Shown: positions 9,419 through 19,356, counted from the stretch's first letter. The stretch: DNA of 24,636 bases from a virus (IMGVR_UViG_3300025018_000517:1-24636), one strand, 5' to 3'. Notes: generated by a model from the sequence alone, not told the origin. Numbers and translations are program-made.

Positions 9419-9814
9419 CTACTCCTTAAGAAATCTTTTGATGTCGGCAAAATAAATCAAACTAACCGTTCTTTTTGGAGCAAGGACAAAATCTACCCCT
9501 TCAAAAATACAGCCGCCATCAGAATCATTCTCTTTTATTGTAATATTATTATCTAGGCTTGCAAGTGTTATCCTTGCGCCATTTGGTACACGACCACTAA
9601 AAGCAATATTATCGGTTGTAACGGGCGCATCCGAGTTTAAGGGTATGACTTGATTGAGCTTAAAGGCCAATCCGATTTGACCACCCGGGGTAACCAATTG
9701 GGCATTTCTTGCTACTCCACTTTCTAGGTAGAACTGAAAGTAAGAACGCCAAGAAAGATCCATTTTTCCATCTTCTTGTATGACGTTTGATGTAGTAGGC
9801 ATTTGATTACTCAA
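9419..9814 (-). CDS. Tail needle/plug-position protein (P22 gp26 position)
   Basis: Directly follows the gp10-like gene and has a P...GKMDLSWRSYF N-terminal motif. The likely start is TTG 9814, which overlaps the gp10 TGA and has a GGGAG RBS; ATG 9802 and 9832 are alternatives. Confidence 0.55.
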   Translation of the reverse strand: MSNQMPTTSNVIQEDGKMDLSWRSYFQFYLESGVARNAQLVTPGGQIGLAFKLNQVIPLNSDAPVTTDNIAFSGRVPNGARITLASLDNNITIKENDSDGGCIFEGVDFVLAPKRTVSLIYFADIKRFLKE

Positions 9815-11361
9815 AAGATATAGCTCCCACAAATTGCGACCTTTACGGGGTCGGAAACTCTTATTTTAAAAGTAAATTGTTTAGAAACGCCAAGACGTCT
9901 GTATGTCAAATCTTTGACGTACTGACCAACCTTTCCGAATTTTTCTTCATACCAGTCAGAATAAACTCTCCCACCATCCTTTGATACGCTGAAAAGTAGC
10001 TTAGGGTCAGAGCCTTGCCCTTCCTGCAACCCCACTCCAGCTTCAATACCAATTCTTAGCTCGTTAATTCTAAGATCGTTTTGCTCATTGGCAATATGGG
10101 TATAAACTCTCTCTCTAACCAATGGCTGACCGTCTAAATCATTATAATCCATCGAAAGATGAGCTATTTTAACGCCCGGCCCGCCGACAAAATGACGTCC
10201 AAATCCTAATGTGTGATATTGATATGGAGATTGAACAAAATTGCCACAAGAGTCAAACGATGCTCTCTCATGCCATTGTTTAGTCGAAATATCATAAACT
10301 AGGGCAGTTTCAAGTCCATCACCTGTAATGACATAAAAGGTGTGCCCTTCATCTCTATAAGCATAAGCCTTTAGCTTTCTAATATCTGGTACATTTTGAA
10401 GGCGTCTATCTATCACTTTGGTTGATATGGTATTTAGACTTGTTCCGGCCGCTGCGTAGACAGAGCCTTGACCTAAAGCATCTTTTCCGACAAACATGGC
10501 AATGCCGCCAATATCTACGATGGTATCAATGGCATCTGTACCGATAACAATGGATGCGCCAGAAACTCGACTAAAAGGAAAGTCTGGATCACCGCTTAAA
10601 CTCCAAATCTCAATAGATTCTTCACCAAACAGCCATATATTGCCACCAATACCCTTAACTGCCTTAATTTGATCGTAATATGATTCCTTAGTGGCAAAAT
10701 CTAGCGCATTCCAATTGAATCCAGTGCTAGCTTGAAATTGTTCAGAAATCCAAAAGCGCCTTGAAATATTCTCAGAAGCTACGACAAAGCCATTTGCAAA
10801 AGACACTCTCCCAACGCCATATTGACCACTATTTGGGTCATAATCAAATGGTGTTGATAGTATTTTGCCAAAAATATTATTTGGGTTATTAAAAAAGAAT
10901 GAGTATAGCGCAACGCCATTGCATATAATTAAGCCGTTTTGATCCTCAGCTATTGAATAGGACTTAAGGTTTATTTGCTCAACATTGCTATCGATTAGGT
11001 CTTGTATATAAGAATTGCCACTAGCCACCAGACCATCACCCGGGTCAAATTGACCACAAATTCCATAAAAATTAATAATTTCCGAGCCGTATTGCTTTAC
11101 TGAATAATCGGGAATTATTTTATTTTTATCAAAAAGCTCATATAAAACATCATCACAAATAGCAAAAACCCTATTATTTGATGCCGTATAGAGAAGCTGG
11201 CAATTACTTAGATCCCACTCTTGAAGTGTTCCGGGGGCCGAATAAAGGGCCGAAACCTCTTTACCCATATCGTCTAAAACGGGGTAGAAATTAATTGATC
11301 TTTGCGCGTCAAAAGGCAAAGACCTCTCGTCATAGGTAGGGCCTACAAGTCCTATTTTCAC
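9811..11361 (-). CDS. Packaged DNA stabilization protein / tail hub (P22 gp10-like)
   Basis: DAQRSINFYP, FATKES, IWLFGEESIEIW, GHTFYV...YD....WHER and SKDGG...RRLG...FKIRVSDPVK motifs; GTG start coupled to the upstream stop. Confidence 0.92.
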   Translation of the reverse strand: MKIGLVGPTYDERSLPFDAQRSINFYPVLDDMGKEVSALYSAPGTLQEWDLSNCQLLYTASNNRVFAICDDVLYELFDKNKIIPDYSVKQYGSEIINFYGICGQFDPGDGLVASGNSYIQDLIDSNVEQINLKSYSIAEDQNGLIICNGVALYSFFFNNPNNIFGKILSTPFDYDPNSGQYGVGRVSFANGFVVASENISRRFWISEQFQASTGFNWNALDFATKESYYDQIKAVKGIGGNIWLFGEESIEIWSLSGDPDFPFSRVSGASIVIGTDAIDTIVDIGGIAMFVGKDALGQGSVYAAAGTSLNTISTKVIDRRLQNVPDIRKLKAYAYRDEGHTFYVITGDGLETALVYDISTKQWHERASFDSCGNFVQSPYQYHTLGFGRHFVGGPGVKIAHLSMDYNDLDGQPLVRERVYTHIANEQNDLRINELRIGIEAGVGLQEGQGSDPKLLFSVSKDGGRVYSDWYEEKFGKVGQYVKDLTYRRLGVSKQFTFKIRVSDPVKVAICGSYIF

Positions 11362-12080
11362 CTAGTCCATCCATCGTAGACGTTTTGCTTTCTATTACCC
11401 ACTCCAACATCAAGCGATCTATTTTTCAAAACTGCACGTCTAATGTTGGCCAAGGCTTGGTCGGCAAATAGCTTTAATTCTGGCGTTACTGGTTGCCCAT
11501 ATTCAGGAGCTAACCGCATGGCCAGATTATAGATAATGGCATCAGTCCAGCCCGGAGGAAACTCGATTGCAGAGTCGAGCGATGTAACCTCACCAAGGTT
11601 TTTTTCACTTAATAGGAATAGCGAATAATTACTAGAAGGAACCGGAAAAAGCTTAATTTTGGCAATTGGGTAAGAATTGTCATAATTTAACAAGCTTGGG
11701 ATTCCTTGAGTTGTCTTTAACGGTATACCGTTTACATAAGTCTCATCAGAAACAATGCTTAAATCATAATCAATGTTTGAGAATTTAACTGTCGCTGCCT
11801 TGATATCAATAGGTCTATTAGTGACAAAATCAATTCCAGACTCATCGTCAGGCAAGCCCGTATTATTAGGGCCTATGGAATACTCTAGCTTTCCAGCGGA
11901 GAGGTTAAAGTTTTCCCAGACCCTATAAACAGTCAAGGTTGAGTCGTTAGACCAAGAGGAAAGCATAGAAATCATATCGGCAAGAGCATCCTTTGACTCA
12001 AGACTGGATGGACTCTCGTTTAAAGTCGTAATTCCAGCCTTTTTAAACGCTCTCTCAATAAGCTTTCTTGCTGTTTCCAT
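11358..12080 (-). CDS. Head-to-tail adaptor (P22 gp4-like)
   Basis: TARKLIERAFKKAGI...DAL..M..MLSSW and AIIYNLAMRLAPEYG motifs. Confidence 0.88.
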   Translation of the reverse strand: METARKLIERAFKKAGITTLNESPSSLESKDALADMISMLSSWSNDSTLTVYRVWENFNLSAGKLEYSIGPNNTGLPDDESGIDFVTNRPIDIKAATVKFSNIDYDLSIVSDETYVNGIPLKTTQGIPSLLNYDNSYPIAKIKLFPVPSSNYSLFLLSEKNLGEVTSLDSAIEFPPGWTDAIIYNLAMRLAPEYGQPVTPELKLFADQALANIRRAVLKNRSLDVGVGNRKQNVYDGWTR

Positions 12081-12091
12081 GCTAGCCCTTA

Positions 12092-12259
12092 TTATTTAGA
12101 GGATTCCTCTTTAACTTCTTTTTTAGATTTTTTAACTGGCTTTTCTTTATTTTTATCGCTTTCAGGAATCCAGCCAAGAGCAATAAGCTCTTTTTTAAAT
12201 TTAGGATGAGCGAATTTAACAGCTTCACCTTTAACAAATTTTATTTTTTCAAATTTCAT
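12092..12259 (-). CDS. Small Lys-rich protein following the coat gene (55 aa; not in the ORF track)
   Basis: Manual translation gives MKFEKIKFVKGEAVKFAHPKFKKELIALGWIPESDKNKEKPVKKSKKEVKEESSK. The GW motif, basic tail and position match the small post-coat ORFs of P22-like phages. Confidence 0.75.
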   Translation of the reverse strand: MKFEKIKFVKGEAVKFAHPKFKKELIALGWIPESDKNKEKPVKKSKKEVKEESSK

Positions 12260-12269
12260 GAAACACCAA

Positions 12270-12302
12270 AATTAAATTAAATGGAGTGGCCGAAGCCACC
12301 CC
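12270..12302 (-). terminator. Intrinsic terminator after the coat gene
   Basis: GGGGUGGC-UUCG-GCCACUCC stem with a cUUCGg tetraloop, followed by AUUUAAUUUAAUU. Confidence 0.8.
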
Positions 12303-12311
12303 AAGTAAAAA

Positions 12312-13550
12312 TTAATGAAGCAAACGAACTGCCCATTCTGGACGAACGGCGCAAAGTCCCCATAGGACATCAAGACGAGTAACAAGCTTATCTGTCTTAA
12401 TGTCGTACTGACGTACAACACGAACAGTAATGCCGTTTACGCGCTCTTGAGCAACCATATCAACACCATCTGGAGTCAATAGTGGGGCAGACATAAAGCG
12501 GAATGCTGACTTGTGGAAAGCCATGTTATTTGCAAGAATCTGGCTAGCAGCTCCAGCAAATACCAACGCTTCAGCGCCAACTGGTAACGCAGATACGTTC
12601 TGAAGTGATCCAGATGTAGAACTATAGAAGTTTGGAGAAACTGATACGGTAGCTTTTCCAAGTCCGTCAGCCGTTACATCCTCAAGAACAGTGAACTGCA
12701 TCAATTCTGGAAGAGTTGTCTTAGTGATTGGATGAACTCTAAAGATTCCATCAATAGTAAAGACTGAACCCTTTGCAATTGTTCCAGTGGTAGCCGTTAA
12801 GCCAGAAACAACAAAAGAATTGCTTCCCTCGGCCGGAGCAGTGTCAACCACAACGACAGTAACATCGTTACCGTTTTGAGTTGAAGCAATTAGGTTGTTT
12901 TTAAGGAATGCGAAACCGTCTGCAATCCCCATAACACCTTTTTTGTACTGTTTAGCAATCTCTTCAGAGCTTTGGAAAAGTCCCTTTCTTTCATTAACCG
13001 CAGAGCGTGAAGCTGTTGGGTTAAGAAGTAAATAGCGATTGGCAGCATCTGAACACCCTGAAATGTCCATAAGCTCGCCGGCCTGAAGAACAAAGTCAGT
13101 GTCAAACTTAATCGGTGACTGTGGAGCCAGAAAGTTTGAAGTAGCTAGAGCAGCGATATTTAGAGCTTTTGACTCGATATCGTTAGAAATCGTGTTCATT
13201 GCTGGCTCAAGAATACGCTTTGCCCAATCTTTAAGACCTAAGTCCGTAGAGATTTCTTTAGAATCAAGTGCAACACCTACAACAGAACGCTGATCTAGAG
13301 TTAGAGGGCGAGTCTCTTCCTCAATATCTTGAATTGTTGAAGTGATGTCAGCATTTGAACTGGCAAGGAATCTAGTTGGCACGTTTACGTCTACAGAATC
13401 ACCTGACTTGTAACCGTTTTTACCTTCTAGAATTGCTTTTTCTTCTTTGTCGATTGCCTTAACAAATTCTACTTTATCCGAAAGCATACCAGCGGCCATC
13501 TTTGCGATGATCTTGCCTCTGGCCTTAATGGTGCTAATATCGTTAGCCAT
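12312..13550 (-). CDS. Major capsid protein (P22 coat gp5 family)
   Basis: KSGDSVDVNVPTRF, RILEPAM..IS..IE, NNMAFHKSAF and RLDVLWG..AVRPEWAVRL motifs. Confidence 0.95.
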   Translation of the reverse strand: MANDISTIKARGKIIAKMAAGMLSDKVEFVKAIDKEEKAILEGKNGYKSGDSVDVNVPTRFLASSNADITSTIQDIEEETRPLTLDQRSVVGVALDSKEISTDLGLKDWAKRILEPAMNTISNDIESKALNIAALATSNFLAPQSPIKFDTDFVLQAGELMDISGCSDAANRYLLLNPTASRSAVNERKGLFQSSEEIAKQYKKGVMGIADGFAFLKNNLIASTQNGNDVTVVVVDTAPAEGSNSFVVSGLTATTGTIAKGSVFTIDGIFRVHPITKTTLPELMQFTVLEDVTADGLGKATVSVSPNFYSSTSGSLQNVSALPVGAEALVFAGAASQILANNMAFHKSAFRFMSAPLLTPDGVDMVAQERVNGITVRVVRQYDIKTDKLVTRLDVLWGLCAVRPEWAVRLLH

Positions 13551-13561
13551 GATTTAATCCT

Positions 13562-14410
13562 TTAACTCTCCAACCATTTGGACATTTCATTCCAAGATGA
13601 GGCAGCGTTAATACCGCTTTTCCCACCGTTAGAACCCGAAACGCCGCGCATTGGTTTAAATTGAGTTGTTTTAGTTTGTTGTTGTTGAAATTGAGGCATC
13701 TGGCTTTGAGCGCGGACAATTTCTGCTGAAGCCATATGAACAGGCATATAAGCCAATTGCTCTAAAATGCCTTCTTTTGCAAGATTATAGGCAGCTAAAG
13801 ATGGGTTTCTAGCTGATAGTAATAAATTCTGAACAGATACCGGAAGGTCGTCAGCTCCAGAATTTTGAATCACTTCTGCTAGGTCAGGAATCTGCTCTGC
13901 CAACTTCTTGGCTTGTACCGAAACCTGTTCCATTCTTTGATAGCGCTGCATCTCTGCATTTTGGCGTTTCATAGCCTCTTGTTGGCTTTGAGACTGTTCT
14001 TGCATTTTCTCTTTAAACTTTTGTTCTGCCTTAAAAATTGCCTTGGCCTCAATAAAGTCTGAGTAAGATTCAAAATCTTCCTCACGAGGGGCAGCATCAC
14101 CCTTATTGCTTCCACTTTTAATCTTTTCAATTTCAGCTTTTAGCGACTCCATTTGTTGAGCAAAAAATTGCTCACGTTGGCGAAGCTTGGCATTTTCACG
14201 CTTTTGTCTAGCTAGAGCATTCTCTGCTTTTTTAGGCCATTTCTCCTGATTTTCCTGACTTTGCTCGGATGCGTTTAGCTCCTGATTGTCATTGTTACCA
14301 GTTTCGACCTCCTGCGTGTCGTCCGACTGAAATGCTGATTCAATGTGGTCTGTTTCAGCCTCAATTGCATGACCTTGTGTCTGCTCTGTGCTGTTTTGTT
14401 CAGTTTGCAA
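13562..14410 (-). CDS. Capsid scaffolding protein
   Basis: Acidic N-terminus, coiled coil, APREEDFESYSDFIEAKA motif; lies between portal and coat; TTG start with GGAGG RBS. Confidence 0.88.
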   Translation of the reverse strand: MQTEQNSTEQTQGHAIEAETDHIESAFQSDDTQEVETGNNDNQELNASEQSQENQEKWPKKAENALARQKRENAKLRQREQFFAQQMESLKAEIEKIKSGSNKGDAAPREEDFESYSDFIEAKAIFKAEQKFKEKMQEQSQSQQEAMKRQNAEMQRYQRMEQVSVQAKKLAEQIPDLAEVIQNSGADDLPVSVQNLLLSARNPSLAAYNLAKEGILEQLAYMPVHMASAEIVRAQSQMPQFQQQQTKTTQFKPMRGVSGSNGGKSGINAASSWNEMSKWLES

Positions 14411-16396
14411 TTAGATATCCTCCATAGCGGTTAATTCCGCATTGTTGATCTTGTTAAAGATAGCTTCCATTCTTTCCAATCTTTCACTTAAGTTAGATTG
14501 TAACGCTTCTTGCCTTTTGATTTCAAGTTCTTCTTTCTTAATGGCAAGCTCTTGCTGTTTGATTTCATATTCACGTTGTCTTTCGACGACTTCTAGTTGA
14601 AGCTTGGCTTTCTCAATCTCCATTTTTTCAGCTTCAGATTGAGCTTTTAATTGAGCCTCGCCGACCTTAATCTGGTTTTCGGCTTGTTTGTTCTCAAGTT
14701 TCTGCGCCATAACTTTCATTTGCTCTTGTAGTTGAGTGACAACTGCCTGAGCTTGCTGCATCTGTTGCTGGATTTGAGCCTGTTCCGGCGTAACGCCCTC
14801 ATTAAGAATATGTGGAGGCATTGTCTTTTTGATGCGCTCTGCAATATCTTGAGCGGCCGGGAAGTCCATATTTTTAAACAGAAGATCCCCAAAAACCTGC
14901 ATTAACTGAGGATTTGCTGTTAAAAGCTGCATTAATGTTTGAGCCGCCTCTTGTCTTAGAGATGAGAAAGGCGCTCCGGTTGTTACTCTAACCTCATAAA
15001 CACCCTTACTTAAATTGATTGTTTGTGGCTGACCCTCGACTACCTGACCATTAACCCCAATGATTTTTGGCTCGTCTTCTTTGCCAATAATTCTAAGAAC
15101 TCTAGCTTCTGAATATATGTCTGGAATGGCATAAACCAAAACTCTTCCAACTTGAGCGATTGACTTAAACAAGTTGTCACCAAATTGATAGGTCGCCATT
15201 TGACCTTGGGCCTTTCTCTCAGAAATGGCAATTCCGGAAGTTTCATTAGAAACCATTCCGATGGAAGCATTATAAAGCCCCATAGTGCCTTTAATATCAT
15301 CTCTGGCACCCATTGAAGCATTTACTATGCCTGCCGGAACTTGAGGGGGTAAGAGTCTCTGTGGTGCTGGTGCTGGTTTATCCTGTGAGTCGGTTTGACG
15401 ATATCTAAGCGCCATTGACTTGCTTGGATTACTCCAATCGTCCGCATAGTCCTCGATTTGACCTTCTGCCACCATAATTGGAGCTTGGGGTTGTTTTTGT
15501 AGAATCTCAGTCTCTAAAGACTTCCAAAGGTTGAACATTTGTTGCGGTTCTTTGGCTTTACGAATCAAGCTCATAAGAACGCGCTTATTTTTAACCCATA
15601 GCTCGTTTCCGTAAACAGGAACTAATGGAATATATTTTCCCGGAAAATAACCCTCATCAATAACGGCTTCTCCATTCATTATAAGGCGCTTAACCTTTTT
15701 AACGCTCCTTCCTACCAACTGTCCGTTTTCTTCAATTTCTTCAGATTCCTCAACAATTTCAAAGAATTCGACAACTTTTACATTTTCATCTTTTGAGCAT
15801 TCTCTTGTTTCGCCAAAAGATATCGGGTTGGCTTTTGGGAATCTCTTTTTGAAGCTTTTCTGATCCAATTCATCTTCAACAAAGGCAAATTGAGCATCGC
15901 TTCCATCAATGTCTACTGATTCAGGGTCAAGGAAAACTGAAAGAGGATTGGTCACCCTTCTAAGCAATAATTCCTGTAAATTGGTTCCCTCTACATAATC
16001 ATGGTCAACTCGCAGCCAACCAATTGAACAACGTATTGAATTGACTAAAGCAGTATCATAAACATCATCAGCGCCAGAATTGTATTCAATTGCCCTAACC
16101 ACGCCTTTAAATATATCCCCCATGAGCTGAGAGCCTTTCTCATCGCCGGGATAAACATTAATGGTGGGAGTATTAGCCTTAACCTCATTGGCCACTTGGT
16201 TAATAAATTGATCCAATTGGTCAATGGTTACGGCCGGACGACCAGACTCCACTCTTTGCTGATAAAGTTCAGAATCCCATTGAGCGCCGGGAGTATCAGA
16301 AAGGAACTCCAAATCATTATGCGCATTGTCGTAGTTGTCGCGCCAGTATTGAACCGTCTTTTCGTGTAATTCTAAGTATTTTTGAATTTCGCTCAT
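14411..16396 (-). CDS. Portal protein (P22-type, with C-terminal coiled-coil barrel)
   Basis: GAQW...RPAVTID, DPES..IDGSDA, PGKYIPLVPVYG, SNETSGIAI..R..QG and G.YEVRVTTG..FSS.RQEA motifs. Confidence 0.96.
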   Translation of the reverse strand: MSEIQKYLELHEKTVQYWRDNYDNAHNDLEFLSDTPGAQWDSELYQQRVESGRPAVTIDQLDQFINQVANEVKANTPTINVYPGDEKGSQLMGDIFKGVVRAIEYNSGADDVYDTALVNSIRCSIGWLRVDHDYVEGTNLQELLLRRVTNPLSVFLDPESVDIDGSDAQFAFVEDELDQKSFKKRFPKANPISFGETRECSKDENVKVVEFFEIVEESEEIEENGQLVGRSVKKVKRLIMNGEAVIDEGYFPGKYIPLVPVYGNELWVKNKRVLMSLIRKAKEPQQMFNLWKSLETEILQKQPQAPIMVAEGQIEDYADDWSNPSKSMALRYRQTDSQDKPAPAPQRLLPPQVPAGIVNASMGARDDIKGTMGLYNASIGMVSNETSGIAISERKAQGQMATYQFGDNLFKSIAQVGRVLVYAIPDIYSEARVLRIIGKEDEPKIIGVNGQVVEGQPQTINLSKGVYEVRVTTGAPFSSLRQEAAQTLMQLLTANPQLMQVFGDLLFKNMDFPAAQDIAERIKKTMPPHILNEGVTPEQAQIQQQMQQAQAVVTQLQEQMKVMAQKLENKQAENQIKVGEAQLKAQSEAEKMEIEKAKLQLEVVERQREYEIKQQELAIKKEELEIKRQEALQSNLSERLERMEAIFNKINNAELTAMEDI

Positions 16397-17871
16397 AATC
16401 TGTCGCCGCCAAGATTGGAAAAACTCTTTGGTTTTAGTTTAAATGATTTTAAGGAAGTGTCCACTACAAATGACTTGGCAATGGCAATGCCCGACCTTAC
16501 TAGATATCTGAGAGCATCCATCAAGTGGTCATTTTGCTTAACAATTGCGCCCTTGTCGTCGCGCCTATAGGTTCTTAGCTCTGCAAAAACATCAACGCAT
16601 GACTTAAAGATTTTCAATCTACCCGTTGTCATTCTCAAGTAAACGTCAAAAATCCCAGTTTCCACGCTATTATCTGCCTCGGTTAAACTACCCTCAATCA
16701 GCTTTCTATAACTATCAATCAACCTCTTTCCATCGTGTTGAGACCGACCCTTTGCGGCCGGATCAATAACGCCCTGCCTAACCATGCGCATGTTAATAGC
16801 CTCGGCGTGACTCGATGGCTCGCACTCTCCACGCTTATAACTTCCATAAATGTATAAAATATCGGTATCGGGGTCTAATGCTCCCCATACGGCAGCGGTT
16901 GACTTCCAACCAACATCCATCCCATAAACCCTTCGCCAGTGAAGCGGGATCTGAAAATCATCAACCTCAATCTCAGAAAGCGCCACCGGATAAATAGCGC
17001 CCGAGCCAAGCTGTGGAATACCTTTAGTTCTGGCATCTCTTTGAAATGGCGGAATTGATTCCATCATCTGGGCCTTAACTTCCTCAGACAAATGAGGAAC
17101 ATCGTCCCAGGTCGCAGTAATGACTCTTCTTGGCCCATCCTGAACTTCTTTAATCTCACCATTTGGTACAAACTGCAAAACAAGTTCAGTTAAACCCATT
17201 AATGGCGTAAAGGTTAAAAGCATTAAGCCGCTATCGGTTCCGCCTGTTGTGTCGGTTGTTCTCAATAAACACTCTGCATAAATATCAAGCGGGCACTCTT
17301 CATCTAGCCAAATTCCATCTTTTTTAGTCCCCTCAAAAGATTGCCTTTTTTGGTCGTATGACTTAAAACCAATGGTGCTAACACCTCCGCCCTTGTGCTT
17401 AATATAGATCATATCTACAGCGTCAGGAATACCGCCAGCTTTTGGCGTAACAGATGAAATGGCGCTTTTTCTTATCAGTCCGGTGCCATAAGAACCCTTA
17501 GGCCCTAAAAGCTTGGCTTGTAAGATATCTCTAACCGTTTGACTAGTCTTACCGCCTACCCACCAGTGATTGGCCCTGTTGAAACTGTGGCCTTGCCACC
17601 AATGCGGATAATCCCCTGTGACGTGGTAAACGACCTCAACGCCGCCCATTGACTCGGTTTTACCCACTCGGTTAGCAGCAAGCGCGAGCCTTTCTTTTGC
17701 CGATGCTCCGGATTCAAAAAATTCTAGGTGCTTTTTATAAAGATCGCGCCTTAATGGGCCATCATCGGGAAAATATGTATCAATCTTATTTTCTAGCTTT
17801 CTTTTGCTTTTAATCTCTAAAAGCTGGGCCAACTCTAGTTTTTCTTGACGGCTTAAGTTTTCAAGATTCAT
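16393..17871 (-). CDS. terL: Terminase large subunit (P22 gp2-like)
   Basis: Walker A LAANRVGKT, Walker B IWLDEE, LTFTPLMG, nuclease motifs GMDVGW and DHLMDALRY. Confidence 0.97.
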   Translation of the reverse strand: MNLENLSRQEKLELAQLLEIKSKRKLENKIDTYFPDDGPLRRDLYKKHLEFFESGASAKERLALAANRVGKTESMGGVEVVYHVTGDYPHWWQGHSFNRANHWWVGGKTSQTVRDILQAKLLGPKGSYGTGLIRKSAISSVTPKAGGIPDAVDMIYIKHKGGGVSTIGFKSYDQKRQSFEGTKKDGIWLDEECPLDIYAECLLRTTDTTGGTDSGLMLLTFTPLMGLTELVLQFVPNGEIKEVQDGPRRVITATWDDVPHLSEEVKAQMMESIPPFQRDARTKGIPQLGSGAIYPVALSEIEVDDFQIPLHWRRVYGMDVGWKSTAAVWGALDPDTDILYIYGSYKRGECEPSSHAEAINMRMVRQGVIDPAAKGRSQHDGKRLIDSYRKLIEGSLTEADNSVETGIFDVYLRMTTGRLKIFKSCVDVFAELRTYRRDDKGAIVKQNDHLMDALRYLVRSGIAIAKSFVVDTSLKSFKLKPKSFSNLGGDRL

Positions 17872-18379
17872 TTTCAGACTGGGCAGCCATTAAAGCAGCG
17901 ATTTTATTGTCTAGTTCTTCATCCGAAAGGTCGTCATTTTTGAAGTTTACAGTTTGAACCCTTTTCCATTTGTCAGGCTGTCTATTTGTAAGCCATGTTT
18001 CGGCGGCCTTAACGTTTGGCTGGAAGTAAGCAAGTCGGTTGTGCTTTTCAACTGTGCTCATGCCATCGCCAACTGAGACTGTTTTAAGCTCCTCAACTTC
18101 TTGCACAAAGCCAGTGGCAAGTTTAAAAAGTGAGCTTGTAACCATGACATCGGCTTCTAGTGCGGCGCTTTCCATTTCTTCTTTAAATTTAGGGTTTTTG
18201 TCGTAGGCGCGTTTAAGGGTTATGGTAGAAATACCCGCCAATCGGCAAGCCTGAGAGTTGTTGAGCCCTGCTTCAAAACAACGTCTTAGAGTATCAATTT
18301 TTTCCTCTGTCAGTGTGCTGCCCTCAAGTGGTTGCTTGGGAGGCGGCATTAATTCGACACGAGTTCTTTTTCTGCCCAT
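17861..18379 (-). CDS. terS: Terminase small subunit
   Basis: HTH (GLNNSQACRLAGISTITL), SLFKLATG and P.VKAAETWL.NRQPDKW motifs; lies upstream of terL. The start is placed at ATG 18379 (MGRKRT) because ATG 18406 falls inside the predicted promoter. Confidence 0.88.
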   Translation of the reverse strand: MGRKRTRVELMPPPKQPLEGSTLTEEKIDTLRRCFEAGLNNSQACRLAGISTITLKRAYDKNPKFKEEMESAALEADVMVTSSLFKLATGFVQEVEELKTVSVGDGMSTVEKHNRLAYFQPNVKAAETWLTNRQPDKWKRVQTVNFKNDDLSDEELDNKIAALMAAQSENES

Positions 18380-18385
18380 GTAAAA

Positions 18386-18415
18386 AGTATAGGGGCGAAA
18401 GAGCATCTAGGTCAA
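18386..18415 (-). promoter_or_regulatory. Sigma70-type promoter of the late operon
   Basis: TTGACC(18415-18410)-18 nt-TATACT(18391-18386). Confidence 0.7.
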
Positions 18416-18475
18416 CAATATTCAGTTTTTAACATATACCGTCAAAAAATTGTCACCATGATTCAAAATAATAAC

Positions 18476-18504
18476 TTTACTTTGTATGACCACCAATCTA
18501 CTAT
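18476..18504 (+). promoter_or_regulatory. Sigma70-type promoter of the small-gene operon
   Basis: TTTACT(18476-18481)-17 nt-TACTAT(18499-18504), with AT-rich upstream sequence. Confidence 0.6.
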
Positions 18505-18526
18505 GATTTCAACAAGTGGGGTGCTT

Positions 18527-18724
18527 ATGCAAACAATTATTATCAATGAAACAATCAACTTAAATCAATCAGAGATTCTTGAACTATCTGAATCTGAGGC
18601 TGCCTTGATTAGATTAAGATTTTCTGAGACGTTTAATCCTGTCAGGGCGTTTTCTTATGCCAATGGCGACCATCTTGAAGCAAGTATTGAAAACGAACGC
18701 AAAATGCGTGAATCAAACAAATAG
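18527..18724 (+). CDS. Hypothetical protein (65 aa)
   Basis: ATG 18527 follows AACAAGTGGGGT and lies downstream of the predicted promoter; preferred over the track start at 18458. Confidence 0.7.
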   Translation: MQTIIINETINLNQSEILELSESEAALIRLRFSETFNPVRAFSYANGDHLEASIENERKMRESNK

Positions 18725-18733
18725 AGGTTTTAT

Positions 18734-18901
18734 ATGGAAAATGCTAATTTAATAATATCAAAAACTTATGATCTAAAAATGGATGAAAATGATTTTTATT
18801 CAATGACTTCAAAAGAGATTGCCGAGCTTTATGGTTGCGCCTGTGATTCATGTAAAGAGGCTTTTATTGCTGAGGTTACCAAGGGCGGTAAAAATGTTTG
18901 A
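18734..18901 (+). CDS. Hypothetical protein with CxCxxC motif (55 aa; not in the ORF track)
   Basis: GAGG RBS; translation MENANLIISKTYDL...YGCACDSCKEAF...; overlaps the next start. Confidence 0.65.
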   Translation: MENANLIISKTYDLKMDENDFYSMTSKEIAELYGCACDSCKEAFIAEVTKGGKNV

Positions 18902-19196
18902 ATATCTGCAAATCGTAAAAAAGCTTTTCTTCCCCCAGCATGACGTTAAAAAAATCAAAGCCGCTAAATTTATGGCAGAGATTGAGGGTGCTGCATATTA
19001 TGGGCAAATTGTCATACTTCAGGACTTAATCAAGCTTTTTGGTAAAAATCCCGACATGACCGCCGAAGAGTGCATGGGAGAGTGTCAATTAAGACTTATG
19101 GAAGCCTACAAGAAAACAAGGCACAAGCTAAAGTTAAAAATAGATAACATTGATCTTGAAACAGTTATGCCCAAAGAGGTTGAAAATGACATTTGA
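18894..19196 (+). CDS. Hypothetical protein (100 aa)
   Basis: ATG 18894 (MFEYLQ...) is coupled to the upstream ORF and in frame with track ORF 18819..19196. Confidence 0.7.
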   Translation: MFEYLQIVKKLFFPQHDVKKIKAAKFMAEIEGAAYYGQIVILQDLIKLFGKNPDMTAEECMGECQLRLMEAYKKTRHKLKLKIDNIDLETVMPKEVENDI

Positions 19197-19356
19197 AGAA
19201 TTGGCAGAAAGATTGGCGCAAAGGATCTATGACGCCAAAGACATTGCTCACTTTTCAACATTAAAACTAATAATACGCGACGAGCTGACAACGGCATCAA
19301 TTGAGGTTTCTGTTAATGAACTCGAAATGGCAATATTGAACAAAGTTAGGGATTAA
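19186..19356 (+). CDS. Hypothetical protein (56 aa)
   Basis: GAGG RBS before ATG 19186 (MTFEELAERL...). Confidence 0.65.
   Translation: MTFEELAERLAQRIYDAKDIAHFSTLKLIIRDELTTASIEVSVNELEMAILNKVRD

Noticed and set aside
12476-16997. Short alternate-frame ORFs inside the coat, portal and terL genes
   Set aside because: They lie within well-conserved genes and have no motifs or convincing RBS.
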